NCBI GenBank assembly: GCA_030614005.1
Contig: JAUWKS010000012.1
Location: 30,001-62,000 of the forward strand
Length of the DNA: 32,000 nucleotides
Reading direction: 5' to 3'
From: Candidatus Heimdallarchaeota archaeon
Lineage (GTDB): Archaea; Asgardarchaeota; Heimdallarchaeia; JABLTI01
Positions within the stretch are counted from its first letter, which is position 1. Each line of letters opens with the position of its first letter. Shown here piece by piece: positions 1 to 9,832 of this stretch. The notes beneath the pieces were generated by a model. It did no database searches and was not told where the DNA came from. It saw nothing but the letters and a program-made list of their open reading frames with translations. The translations under genes were made by a program, and so were the position numbers.

Positions 1-1
1 A

Positions 2-580
2 GAATTCTTCTCCTCCGAGAACAAGATAATCTTCATCAATATACTCCATTACTTTGAAAATGGATTTCAGTACGTTTGAATGTCTACTTCTAAAGGACAT
101 TAAACAACCTACGAAAAATACTGTATCGGATGTTTTACCTTCACTATAGATTTTGTCCTCGATATCAGGGAAATCGTCTTCAAGTTCCATAGTCCAAGAT
201 TCTGCCCTCATTTCATTGTCTAAACCATAAACATTCATTTCATCACTGATATTTTCTTCAATTTGAATTACTTTAGGGAAGAGCTTAACAGTATCTTTTC
301 TATGTTCTCTAAAGATATCTATTAAGTCTACTTCAGAAGAACAGACTTCAACACAGCGCCCACAAAATGCACAAGTAAAGATAGTTGAAGCGTAGTCCTT
401 GGCTAACTCTTCATCATCGAATTTCTCTGGCAAAGCATCTTTTAGTTTTAAATAGTAAAGCTTCCCTCGAGGGGAAAAAACCTCTTGGCCAGTAGCTCTG
501 TAAATTGGGCATATTAATACGCACGAACCACATTGTACACACTTTTTCAGTAACTCATCGATGTCAGTTTTACTGGTCAT
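2..580 (-). CDS. (Fe-S)-binding protein, HdrD/GlpC-like oxidoreductase subunit (N-terminal part; continues beyond window start)
   Basis: Not in ORF track. Manual translation from ATG at 580: MTSKTDIDELLKKCVQCGSCVLICPIY...TCAFCGRCVEVCSS..., two CxxCxxCxxxC ferredoxin-type motifs, later FFVGC as at the start of a CCG domain. The frame is open to the window edge. Confidence 0.85.
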   Translation of the reverse strand, partial: MTSKTDIDELLKKCVQCGSCVLICPIYRATGQEVFSPRGKLYYLKLKDALPEKFDDEELAKDYASTIFTCAFCGRCVEVCSSEVDLIDIFREHRKDTVKLFPKVIQIEENISDEMNVYGLDNEMRAESWTMELEDDFPDIEDKIYSEGKTSDTVFFVGCLMSFRSRHSNVLKSIFKVMEYIDEDYLVLGGEEF

Positions 581-790
581 TTTAAAAATAGTCCTTTATA
601 TCTTTCATAATCATTGAGTTTGATTTTAATTAATAAATATGGTGAAGCTTTTTCTTTTTGATTGTGCCTCTATACAAAATTATGTTAGAGATTACATTTA
701 TTTTTTGCCTCAAAAGTGGAGTTTTTAATCTTGGTTACTGAAGGTGTTGTGTAAAGAATATTTTATACCGCTCATATAACTACAAATTAT

Positions 791-2161
791 TTGGTGGCAG
801 AAGTTATCTTGGCCTCTAACGAAATAGACGAAAAACAATTGGCAGAAGAATTTTATAATTCTATGAGAGGTTTTGTTGTTATTGAAGAATCAGGACTACC
901 AAAATATGTCGAATTTTTAACTGAAGAGAAAATAGATATTATTCTACTCGCTGGTCTTCTCTCAAGCTTACAAGCACTTTCAGAAGTTATTAGTTCTGAG
1001 AATATTAAAACAATTGTTACTTCAAATTCTAGTTTTGTTTTTGAATTACGTGAAAAATTCTTTTTTGTTATATGGATTGAAAAAACAATTAATGCGATAG
1101 AAAACTATGATCCTTTTATTATGAAAATTATCTCCCGTTTTGAGGGAGCTAGTAGTTCAGATATCGATAGTTCATTACTAATTTCAAATCTTACTGAAAC
1201 TCCCGAATATGAAAAATTAGGTCGCAGATTGGTAAAAATCCGTACCAAAGAAGCACGGTATATTGATGCTCATAAGAAACTTGAATCCGATTTTAAAAAG
1301 AGTAGGGATATCAAATATATTGTCAATAAGCTTGCCGGAATAGATGGTTTGTTTGTCATCAATAAATATAATGACCAAATGCTTCATTCTGAATTTTATC
1401 GAGGAGAATCTATTTTCAATATCCAAATACTTTCTAATTTTATTATTGGTATTCGAAAATCGATGAAAAATCTTGATCCTGGCACTCTCGAAGAAGTCAG
1501 TACTCAAAATTATCGTTTTATTATCCGTGAAAGTGCTGACTATTTCTGTGTTTTTGAAGTAATTAAAGGGTTAGCAAATGAGGATAAGCTAGACAAAACT
1601 ATTACTAAATTAATGAATAGATATGAAGGTTTACGACGAAAAACTTCTGATATAAAGATTCTTCAAAATTGGGACACCACCTCTGAGCAGGAGATTCTTG
1701 GTCAGTTTTCAATGGAAATGAGGGAATTCAAAGGAGATAATGGTACTAATAGTAAATCGTTAGACCGTCAAGCTTCTAAGATATCATTTGGAGATGACAG
1801 CTATAAATGGAGAAAAGAAGAAGATCAACTCTATACTACGATGGATATTTACAAAGAGATTTTCTTAGCAGGAATAATTTGTTCCAGTAGTAAATTCTTT
1901 GTTAGTAGAAGAACTTCAGATATCAACGATTGGATGCAATCGGTTAAGGAACTTCAATTAAATAAACTACTGAACCTTCTTGCAGCAAAAAAACCAAATG
2001 AATTTGTGAAACTAGTAATGGGTGAAAAAGAAGTTCGTTTATTGAAGATTAAAGAGCAGTCAGTTCTCTTTGTGATTTTGGATGCAGAGAACTCAGCAGC
2101 AGAGAGATATCTATTACGATTGCCTAAAATTTTGGCAAAGATAAGTAAAAATATTCTCTAA
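791..2161 (+). CDS. Multi longin/roadblock-like domain protein (about three tandem units)
   Basis: GFVVIEESGLP...LLAGLLSSLQALSEVI is longin-like. A second unit (GLFVINKYND...ILSNFIIGI...NRYEG) mirrors the first (...SRFEG). The third unit is roadblock-like. Start is TTG and could be further downstream. Confidence 0.6.
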   Translation: MVAEVILASNEIDEKQLAEEFYNSMRGFVVIEESGLPKYVEFLTEEKIDIILLAGLLSSLQALSEVISSENIKTIVTSNSSFVFELREKFFFVIWIEKTINAIENYDPFIMKIISRFEGASSSDIDSSLLISNLTETPEYEKLGRRLVKIRTKEARYIDAHKKLESDFKKSRDIKYIVNKLAGIDGLFVINKYNDQMLHSEFYRGESIFNIQILSNFIIGIRKSMKNLDPGTLEEVSTQNYRFIIRESADYFCVFEVIKGLANEDKLDKTITKLMNRYEGLRRKTSDIKILQNWDTTSEQEILGQFSMEMREFKGDNGTNSKSLDRQASKISFGDDSYKWRKEEDQLYTTMDIYKEIFLAGIICSSSKFFVSRRTSDINDWMQSVKELQLNKLLNLLAAKKPNEFVKLVMGEKEVRLLKIKEQSVLFVILDAENSAAERYLLRLPKILAKISKNIL

Positions 2162-2169
2162 CTAACTTA

Positions 2170-3561
2170 TTAGCTAAAATCATCCATTGTTCTTTGTTTT
2201 ATTCTTTTTATTTCGCCTTGAATGATTTTAATTCCAGAATAGTCTGATGTTTCTCCAATAGTTAATTCACCATAGCTGCCATCGAATCCTGGTGGAGCAA
2301 AGCAAAAATTACCTTTACGTACTTCAGCTATTGCATGAGCAATTTTCCCAGAAACCAATTTCTGGAGCAATTCTTCTAATTCAGCAAGAGGAGTAGTCCA
2401 TAATTTACATTCATTACCTATTGCACCGATTATTAATTCGTATATTTTTCTAACACTTTTTGTGTTTGGGCTCTTTATTCCAATACCATTTGCAATAATT
2501 TCTACAAGGGGAACCATTCGGTAAAAGTTTCTTTTGGGACCATACATTGAACCATATTCTCTTTTACTACCTTGTGCTTTGGCTAATTCTATTGCTCGCT
2601 GAAGAACACCCGGTTTTAAACTTAAATCACAAATAGGGCAAATCATATCCTTTGGAACCATATCAGGAGAATAAATACAATATTCATCTGCTTTATGGTT
2701 GTTTACTCCTCCTCTATGACCAGTTAGGAAATAACGCCCTTCAGAAGGATGAAATTCAGCAGTGTAGCAAACACGATTATTCCTAATAGTATCAATTAAT
2801 TCCGCAAAAGACATTTTTTTCATATCTAAACTCGTTAACTCTCTTCCAAGGCGATTTAGAGCTGCTGAATGCGCATCGCTATTTGAAAGTAAAGTAAGCT
2901 TGTCCAATTCAGGTATTAGAGTAGTGATTGTTGGATCAGCGCTTAATCCTGTTTCAAAAGCATGGATTCGTTCTGCTGCGGCACCAAAATAGTCAGACAA
3001 ATATGTAATGGACGGTTTCGGACCATATATTCCTAAAGGAACTAAAATATGCGCTGGGAAAAATTCAACTAACGGATCAATATCTAATATGGTATTAATT
3101 TTCGTACCAACTTCCTCAATAGAATTATTGGTAACAAAAGGTCGGCCCGTAGAATTCTTTACGCCCATTTTTTCTAGCGCTTGAATTGCTTCATCGACTA
3201 CGTCAAAACTTGGCCAGAGAAAGACACAATGAACAACTTTTCTATATACTCCAATAGGAGCAGTAATAGCTAACTCGGTTTGCAGAACAAATTTAGTAGC
3301 TTTATCTTGCTCTGAGGCGTTTTTCAGCTCGAAAATACCATTTTCGTCAGGATCATGTAATTGCTCCTTCAATGTTTTTAACCAAGGAGGAAAAAGACAA
3401 TCACCCGTACCTACTAATTGTACGCCTTTCATTGGCATGTTTTCTACTGCAGTACGTAAATCCAAACTACCGGTTCCACCGGCATAAGAGGAATGACAAT
3501 GCAAATCACAAATTACACCGCGTTTGTATTCCTCACCTAAATCAACTTGACTGATAGTCAT
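2170..3561 (-). CDS. PHP-domain protein with Zn ribbon, endonuclease Q family-like
   Basis: DLHCHS, GTGD, PAHI, ETGLSAD, NSDAHS, GRYFLTGHR and CPIC motifs match the PHP/EndoQ pattern. Confidence 0.8.
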   Translation of the reverse strand: MTISQVDLGEEYKRGVICDLHCHSSYAGGTGSLDLRTAVENMPMKGVQLVGTGDCLFPPWLKTLKEQLHDPDENGIFELKNASEQDKATKFVLQTELAITAPIGVYRKVVHCVFLWPSFDVVDEAIQALEKMGVKNSTGRPFVTNNSIEEVGTKINTILDIDPLVEFFPAHILVPLGIYGPKPSITYLSDYFGAAAERIHAFETGLSADPTITTLIPELDKLTLLSNSDAHSAALNRLGRELTSLDMKKMSFAELIDTIRNNRVCYTAEFHPSEGRYFLTGHRGGVNNHKADEYCIYSPDMVPKDMICPICDLSLKPGVLQRAIELAKAQGSKREYGSMYGPKRNFYRMVPLVEIIANGIGIKSPNTKSVRKIYELIIGAIGNECKLWTTPLAELEELLQKLVSGKIAHAIAEVRKGNFCFAPPGFDGSYGELTIGETSDYSGIKIIQGEIKRIKQRTMDDFS

Positions 3562-3670
3562 TGCAACTCAAGAATGAATAATTATACTCTTTTAATAACT
3601 CTTCTTACAAACAAATATTTTTGTAGTGAAAAAGGAAGCTTAATTAAATCTAATTGTTGTTAATTGTCCT

Positions 3671-4534
3671 ATGTCAAAAGCAGAAGAAATATTTGAAGGG
3701 ACGGATCAAATATCTGATAAAAATCCAGATGCTTCTGCTGCTATCCATCAAATTAAATCTACTCGAGTGTTTGAATTTTATTTTAGTGGAGATAAGACAA
3801 GTGAGTTAAGTTTGAAAGATGCTGTAATCGCCAATATAATTGTTGGCGTAATTGCTTTAGCTATTTACTTTCCAGTAGAATATCTTGGTCATTTTGAAAT
3901 ATTTCAAAACGAATATTATTTCCATGTTGTTTTATCAGTGGTTTGCTTTGTAATAGTACCAGTAATTTACTTGGTAATTTTTCAATTAAAAACAGGGAAA
4001 GCGAAGTATTTCTTTTTGGCAACTGAAAAAGGAATGTCCCCGAAGAAAATCATAAGCAGCTTAGTACAAGGTTGTGTAATGCATGCAGGGTTATTTTATC
4101 CTTGGATTCTCCTATCACAAAAATATATGACTAATGTCAATAATATCAGATATTTCCTTTTTGAACCAGGTGAATGGATTGCTCTAATATCATTCTTCGC
4201 AATAAATGTCATTGTTTTTGAATTCTATTCGAAAGCGTTTATACAAATACAATTTAGTCAAGCGAAAGGGTCTCTAAAATTGTTTAAAGGTGCTCTCGAA
4301 ATAAAGAGTGGGAAAATATTAGGATTCATTCTACAAAATATTGCCTGGTTAGGAGGGCATATACAAGAATTCTTCTGGTTGAGAGATTATATTGGAACGG
4401 TCAATTCAATAATTTTCATTATAGTATCAGGTGTTTTAACAGGATTAACAGTAATGGAAACAGAAAATATCTTTGGAGTATCAATAGGACATGTACTACT
4501 AAATGTACTAATAATAGTAACATATGCAGTGTAA
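3671..4534 (+). CDS. CPBP (CAAX/Abi) family intramembrane metalloprotease-like membrane protein
   Basis: Multiple hydrophobic helices with FEFYSKAFIQ, GHI and GHVLLN, resembling CPBP motifs 1, 3 and 4. Confidence 0.6.
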   Translation: MSKAEEIFEGTDQISDKNPDASAAIHQIKSTRVFEFYFSGDKTSELSLKDAVIANIIVGVIALAIYFPVEYLGHFEIFQNEYYFHVVLSVVCFVIVPVIYLVIFQLKTGKAKYFFLATEKGMSPKKIISSLVQGCVMHAGLFYPWILLSQKYMTNVNNIRYFLFEPGEWIALISFFAINVIVFEFYSKAFIQIQFSQAKGSLKLFKGALEIKSGKILGFILQNIAWLGGHIQEFFWLRDYIGTVNSIIFIIVSGVLTGLTVMETENIFGVSIGHVLLNVLIIVTYAV

Positions 4535-4603
4535 GAAGAAGAAAAAATTTTCCTAATACAAAGACTCAAAAAGAGAAAAAGAGTCAAAAAAACAACTAAT
4601 AAT

Positions 4604-4714
4604 GGGCCGGTAGATCAGACTGGAAGATCGCCTGATTTGCAATAGATAAAAGGCTGCGGGCCAAATCTAAAAAATTTCAGGAGGCCGTGGATTCAAATTC
4701 CACCCGGTCCACCA
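4604..4714 (+). tRNA. tRNA-Ala(UGC) with a 34-nt intron (4642-4675) and encoded CCA
   Basis: Acceptor stem GGGCCGG/CCGGTCC with G3:U70; D stem GATC/GATC; anticodon stem CCTGA (4631-4635)/TCAGG (4677-4681); anticodon TGC at 4638-4640; T arm GTGGA-TTCAAAT-TCCAC; ACCA end. The intron at 37/38 folds via TAGAT/ATCTA and GGC/GCC. Confidence 0.92.
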
Positions 4715-4715
4715 C
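4684..4715 (+). repeat. tRNA-Ala 3'-end repeat, copy 1 (within the intact tRNA; att-like)
   Basis: GCCGTGGATTCAAATTCCACCCGGTCCACCAC; recurs at 21074, 24649, 27390 and 28419. Confidence 0.95.
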
Positions 4716-4829
4716 CTTCTTTTCTCTTTTCCACCTCGTTCTGTCCTTCTTTTTATTTTTATTGTGTGGTATCTGTTACCATTAAAAATTGGATTAATAG
4801 AACAAAATTATTTTTACTCATTTTAAAAC

Positions 4830-5465
4830 CTAGAGTTCGAAAAATCTCTTTAGCTTAACAGGATCAGCTCTATCTTCATCATCAATCAGTATAAACACAC
4901 CGACATTTCTTTTGATGTATTCCTTGCTCCAGTCCTCTTTTATCTTCCATCCTCCTGTTGCAAACACTCCGTTATCCATATCGTAGAAAGGAACATGGGT
5001 GTGGCTGAGGATAATTTTATCTGTCTGAAGAATCTTTGGAAGAAAGTCTATGCTGTTAGTTATTAACTGTTTCTTCATGTTAGTTGCCGCTTGATTCCAA
5101 GTTTCATTCACTCGTTTCTTAAGACCAATGTTATGTCCATGGCAGATGATAAACCGACCTTCTAGAGTATTTAGTTTCACATAGGGAACTACTTGGATGT
5201 CCGGTCTATCGAATAGCAAGTTTCCTTCGTGTCCCATCCCACCTGTTACAAAGACTAACTTTTCCTTAAATCCCTTCTCAATACTCCAGTCAACAAAAGA
5301 GTCTAATGCCTCCTTTCCTGTTTCATCGAAATTATCTAAGAAATCACCGTTCATAATAATTATATCTACTTTCTTTGACGCGCTTTCTAGCGCTTCTTTG
5401 AATTCATCCTCTAAACATCCTTCTGCACCTAGATGTACATCACCAACCACTATTGCAAGAGTCAC
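4830..5465 (-). CDS. Calcineurin-like metallophosphoesterase
   Basis: GDVH, NGDFLD, GGMGHE (in place of GNH[DE]), CHGH and SHTH motifs. The GTG start overlaps the helicase TGA stop (GTGA). Confidence 0.85.
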   Translation of the reverse strand: MTLAIVVGDVHLGAEGCLEDEFKEALESASKKVDIIIMNGDFLDNFDETGKEALDSFVDWSIEKGFKEKLVFVTGGMGHEGNLLFDRPDIQVVPYVKLNTLEGRFIICHGHNIGLKKRVNETWNQAATNMKKQLITNSIDFLPKILQTDKIILSHTHVPFYDMDNGVFATGGWKIKEDWSKEYIKRNVGVFILIDDEDRADPVKLKRFFEL

Positions 5466-7777
5466 CCCGCTAGATCCTCCTTTGTCTTTTGTACTAAAAA
5501 TGAGTTGACTATTCCAATAGAATCTTCTGATACATTAGCAAATAAAGGTAAGATTGACTCTTGAGTTTGCTTATTTATTAGAGCTTCATTAACTAGTTTC
5601 CTCATTTGTTCTGCTACTTTTTGGAATTCTCTAAAAAGAAATGCCGCATTGCCTAACTCTCCACCTCTATCATAAATAACTATTTTATTCTCGTGTACGT
5701 TCACCACTGTTCTAAAAGAGGGCTCTGAAATATGCAATGCTATTTCTGTACTCTTTAGAATAAGGTCTTTCAATAAACTTAGTGCTTCTCTTTTCTTTTT
5801 ATTGCTTGACTTCTTAGCTGAAAAAGTCACCTCTACTAAGAAACCACTAGTTTTCTCTTGCGAGTGGAAAACCTGCTCGTCTTGATGATTATCATCTATT
5901 TTGTTACCTGTTTTCGTGTACCTCACAACTTCAGCAGTTTCTCTTTGAATGACCATTTTGCCAAATCGAATATTTAGTTCAGCAAATCTAAACACTCGTG
6001 CCTGTTTGTCAATTTGGATAGAAGGAGCCTTTAGTTTGTTTTGTTCAATTGATGATTTATTAATTTGAAGCTTTTCTACAACAATCTTCCTCTCTAGCGA
6101 TTTTTCAACTCGGTAGATATCTCCCTGTCTTCCTAGGTAAAGGAGGTTACCCTCTAAAGCCGTTCGTAATATTCTTTGCTCCTCAATTTCACCAATTATC
6201 CGTTCAAAATTATTATCAAGACTTCTCTCAACTAGTAACCTTCTTTGCCCTGCAGATCGAATTTTGTGGTTTCGTATGAACTGTAATAGCTCTTGTTCAT
6301 CAGCTATAATTAATTCACGTCTATCAGCAGAAACTTTGTGATTTATAGTTCGAAGAATGCCGTCTGCTATTAGCATAACGATTGCTGTCTGAGTTATTTG
6401 CTTGCTTTCCAATGTTTTGCTGAAAGCAAGAATTTCTTCAATTGTTGTTATCCCCATATATATTCTGAATAACACAAAAGCTTTCATTCTTTGTAAGGAC
6501 TGTGAGTTAAACAATATTTGTTCAGCAGTGTTCTCTTCAAGAATGGTCTTTATTATTCGATAATTTTCCAAATAATACTTATCCAATACTCGTTCTGTGT
6601 CTAATATTAGTGTAAAATTCTTTTTCTGAGAAATATCTTGAAATCGCAATCTTCCCATTCTTTGTATTAGCCCATTCTTACCTGTTATCGGCCAGCCTAT
6701 ATTGATAATATGTTGAATTTTTGGTATATCTATTCCTAACTCAAGCAATGATGTAGTGAATAGAAATCGAAGTGATCCATCCATTATTCTCTTTATAATA
6801 TCTGCTTTATCAGATTCTGTTAGTTGACTATTGATACACATAAATGGTGAGTTTTGTTTTACTATCTCTAATGGTAAATCTGTTTTTATCATCAATTGTT
6901 CATTAAATTTCGCCACTAACTGACTGACTTTTTGCACACTATCAATGAATACTAAACATATTCCCCCTATCCTTTGAAGATGTGGGTCGATTCGCTCAAG
7001 TATGAATTGTTCTAGTGAATCCTTAGGAAGGATCATCACTCGAATCACTCCCCTTTTGCCTACAGCTTTTACAATCTTTGCGCTTGGCAAGAAATTATCT
7101 CGAAATGAAGCAACATCCTTTACTGTAGCTGAAGCAAGAATTACTCTTAACTTTGGATTCGTTTGTTTAAAGGCTGCAATAAACTCTCGAACATGAGTTA
7201 AATATCCTCCCGAACCTGCATGTATTTCGTCAAATACCATTATATCAGTTTGTTTAATCCAGTCGAGAAAACCATATTTATCTTCCTTGAAACGTCTGTA
7301 GAACAATTTATCTAAAGTTGCCAAGATGATCTGTGGTTTCTTCTTCTCAATTTGTTCCAAGTCTTGTTTTGATAGGTCGCCATTGTATCTGCTATAGGTG
7401 ATCTTTTTCCCTGTTGCTTCGAGAATATGATTGCAATAGCGAGTTAATCTTTGTTCCTGGTCAGCAGCAAGCTGCTTGGTTGGATAGATAATGATTGCAT
7501 TAGAAATCTTCTCATCTATTAATTCTTTAAGTATTGTAAATAGAAACACTTCTGTTTTTCCAGCACCAGTCCCTACTGTGAGAAAAAGGTCATCACCAGC
7601 AAGAATTTTCTTCATAGCTTCAATCTGGTATTTGTAAAGAGTGTAGGGAAACGCTTGTTTCAATGCTTTACCAAGCTTCACCATACCTACTTCAGGATCA
7701 TCAATATAATGATTAGTTTTCTCACTCTCTTGTGGTTGGATATTAAAGGTTGCTTTAACGATGCAGTGGTTTGGCAA
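5462..7777 (-). CDS. SF2 DEAD/DEAH-box helicase, Lhr/Hrq1(SftH)-like
   Basis: Q motif LYKYQ, Walker A GTGAGKT, YPTKQLAADQ, DEIH, SAT, TSLLELGIDI and QRMGR. No C-terminal Cys cluster of the DUF1998 type is seen. Confidence 0.9.
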   Translation of the reverse strand: MPNHCIVKATFNIQPQESEKTNHYIDDPEVGMVKLGKALKQAFPYTLYKYQIEAMKKILAGDDLFLTVGTGAGKTEVFLFTILKELIDEKISNAIIIYPTKQLAADQEQRLTRYCNHILEATGKKITYSRYNGDLSKQDLEQIEKKKPQIILATLDKLFYRRFKEDKYGFLDWIKQTDIMVFDEIHAGSGGYLTHVREFIAAFKQTNPKLRVILASATVKDVASFRDNFLPSAKIVKAVGKRGVIRVMILPKDSLEQFILERIDPHLQRIGGICLVFIDSVQKVSQLVAKFNEQLMIKTDLPLEIVKQNSPFMCINSQLTESDKADIIKRIMDGSLRFLFTTSLLELGIDIPKIQHIINIGWPITGKNGLIQRMGRLRFQDISQKKNFTLILDTERVLDKYYLENYRIIKTILEENTAEQILFNSQSLQRMKAFVLFRIYMGITTIEEILAFSKTLESKQITQTAIVMLIADGILRTINHKVSADRRELIIADEQELLQFIRNHKIRSAGQRRLLVERSLDNNFERIIGEIEEQRILRTALEGNLLYLGRQGDIYRVEKSLERKIVVEKLQINKSSIEQNKLKAPSIQIDKQARVFRFAELNIRFGKMVIQRETAEVVRYTKTGNKIDDNHQDEQVFHSQEKTSGFLVEVTFSAKKSSNKKKREALSLLKDLILKSTEIALHISEPSFRTVVNVHENKIVIYDRGGELGNAAFLFREFQKVAEQMRKLVNEALINKQTQESILPLFANVSEDSIGIVNSFLVQKTKEDLAG

Positions 7778-7779
7778 GT

Positions 7780-8298
7780 CTAATTCTCTCCTTGGATTTT
7801 AGCAGCGTATAAAATTGAAAATATTGAACTAAATTCATCCTTTAAAAAATCATTTATTTCTTCATCGGTTGTATATTCTTCTCCTTTCGAATAAAATTGG
7901 ATTATTCCAGAAATGCATTTTGTTATCGCTTCTTTTCTTCCCTCTCGAGATAAGAATCTGATATTTGATGAAAAATTTTGAATTATTATTTCTTCTTCAC
8001 GTTCTTTTAGAGCGATTTCTTTATTCAATTTTGTTCTATTATATAATTCAGCATGTGCTTGTGGACTAATTTGTAAATGTGGAGGTAATGCTTGCCCTAA
8101 TGCGAGACTGTTATAGAGTTGAACCAAATTATCTAATTGGGAACCTTCTTTCAATCCAAAACGATATTTGTACTTTTGTCCAATACGCCATATTAGACCT
8201 TTTTTCTTCAACTCCTGAAGAGTTAGATACGTTTCTGTAAGAGCTATACCTGCTCCATCAGCTATTACTTTGGCTTTTTTTTGGATAGGCAATTCCAT
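7780..8298 (-). CDS. Hypothetical protein with a probable N-terminal winged HTH
   Basis: AKVIADGAGIALTETYLTLQELKKKGLIWRIG follows the TrmB/wHTH pattern. Confidence 0.5.
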   Translation of the reverse strand: MELPIQKKAKVIADGAGIALTETYLTLQELKKKGLIWRIGQKYKYRFGLKEGSQLDNLVQLYNSLALGQALPPHLQISPQAHAELYNRTKLNKEIALKEREEEIIIQNFSSNIRFLSREGRKEAITKCISGIIQFYSKGEEYTTDEEINDFLKDEFSSIFSILYAAKIQGEN

Positions 8299-8334
8299 AT
8301 TTTATGAAATCACCTAACAAATACCATATCACTT

Positions 8335-9831
8335 TTATCGTATCCATTCTATTTCAAGCTCCTCAAATCGATTGCAATATTCAATTACTCTAGGAGAAAA
8401 TTTATTCGGTTGCAGGTTATTTTCTTCCAGAAAATCCTTCTCTCGGTCTTCAAAAAGGAGAGACGAAGATTTAGAACAAGTAAGGTTTTGTTCTACTTTC
8501 TTAGCAATTCGCTTATTTGGGTAATACACTAACGGTTTAAAATTCGCTTTTTTGATCTCCTCTTGACAGATCCTAAAGGCTATGTCCTTCATTTGTTCCC
8601 TTTCTTCTATGTCTAATGAAATCCATTGAGCAGATAATCGCCAGAATTTCACAGGTATCTCTCTTTCACAATCTATTATCTTTACCATTAATTGCTTTTC
8701 AAGAAATTTCTGATGAATAGCTGAGAGTAAATTATCAAATTCAACAATAAATTGCTTACAAGCTTCTCTGAAGGTTCGATAGGTTTTTCCATTGAAGTAA
8801 CATGGTTCACTAAATAATTGTTGTTTGAGCTTGTAAAGCATCTCTTCTCCTCTTTTGTTAACAACATAGACAATCTCCCCTTTAAATACATCAAGTTTAT
8901 CAACTAATGAATTAGTTATTCTTTTGTCAAGAATAGCATGTACTAGCTTTATGTGTCCTGCGAACTTTAACGCTTCACACAAATCAAGCACCAGTCCCAT
9001 CCATGATAGATCAGAGTAATAACTGAAATGACTAAATCCCCCAACACCTAGATACTTTAAATCTAATTCATCAAGTATATTCCACAATTCCTCCTCACAG
9101 AGAATGAACATATAATTAAACAGAACATCTCCTTTTGTACATGCCATTGTTTTGTAATTGCCTGTTGTTCTTTTATGTAGATATAATCGATTGGACACTC
9201 GATTGCTGATAGCAAAATCAAAAGTGCTTATTAGTTCATTAGTTACCATCCAAGTAATATCTGCTGCTGATGCTTCTGAAAGATTACAGAGAACACTTGT
9301 ATTACAATTATATCCATAAAGATAGGCATCACATATTGCATCAACAAAAAGCTGCCACTTTTGTTTTTCTGAAGAGAACCCTCGCAATGTTTGAACCAAG
9401 GCTAATCGATTAGATAGATTCGACCGCCAAAAGACATTGTTTAATCCAAAAGAAAATCGCATTACATCTACCGTAAGAGCTCTTTGACAGTCCATTCGCT
9501 CAACTTTAAACCATCCTTGAGGAGAAGAAATGCGAACATAATGGCACCCTGCAGAAACTAATTGTTGTTTTATCTCCTCAGAAATTCCCTGATAGTCATA
9601 TACGAATTGTATTACTGACAAATTATATTGAAGCTTGTCTACATGAAGATTATAATCTTTAATAATCACTTGTTGTCCAGGCAGTATTTGAAAACCTAAG
9701 CTCACTTTATTCTTTTTCCGGGCTTCATCAAGCGTTAATCCAGTAAGTTTATACACTTCTTCATTGAAGATATGTTGATTATCCTTAACACATAATATAT
9801 ACTGTTGATCATCCTTTCTACTTTTACTCAA
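8335..9831 (-). CDS. Highly diverged Cas1-like endonuclease/integrase with a C-terminal extension
   Basis: Cas1 motifs in the expected order: N-terminal beta domain (LSVIQFVY..ISEEIKQQLVSAGCHYVRISSPQGW), SEASAADITW, DVLFNYMFIL...GFSH...GLVLDLCE, and VNKRGEEMLY...GKTYRTFR. Recognised by eye only. Confidence 0.68.
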   Translation of the reverse strand: MSKSRKDDQQYILCVKDNQHIFNEEVYKLTGLTLDEARKKNKVSLGFQILPGQQVIIKDYNLHVDKLQYNLSVIQFVYDYQGISEEIKQQLVSAGCHYVRISSPQGWFKVERMDCQRALTVDVMRFSFGLNNVFWRSNLSNRLALVQTLRGFSSEKQKWQLFVDAICDAYLYGYNCNTSVLCNLSEASAADITWMVTNELISTFDFAISNRVSNRLYLHKRTTGNYKTMACTKGDVLFNYMFILCEEELWNILDELDLKYLGVGGFSHFSYYSDLSWMGLVLDLCEALKFAGHIKLVHAILDKRITNSLVDKLDVFKGEIVYVVNKRGEEMLYKLKQQLFSEPCYFNGKTYRTFREACKQFIVEFDNLLSAIHQKFLEKQLMVKIIDCEREIPVKFWRLSAQWISLDIEEREQMKDIAFRICQEEIKKANFKPLVYYPNKRIAKKVEQNLTCSKSSSLLFEDREKDFLEENNLQPNKFSPRVIEYCNRFEELEIEWIR

Positions 9832-9832
9832 T

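Noticed and set aside
5462-7777. Cas3, DISARM DrmAB or Druantia DruE assignment for the helicase
   Set aside because: No HD domain, no Cys-containing DUF1998 tail, and none of the partner genes are recognisable.
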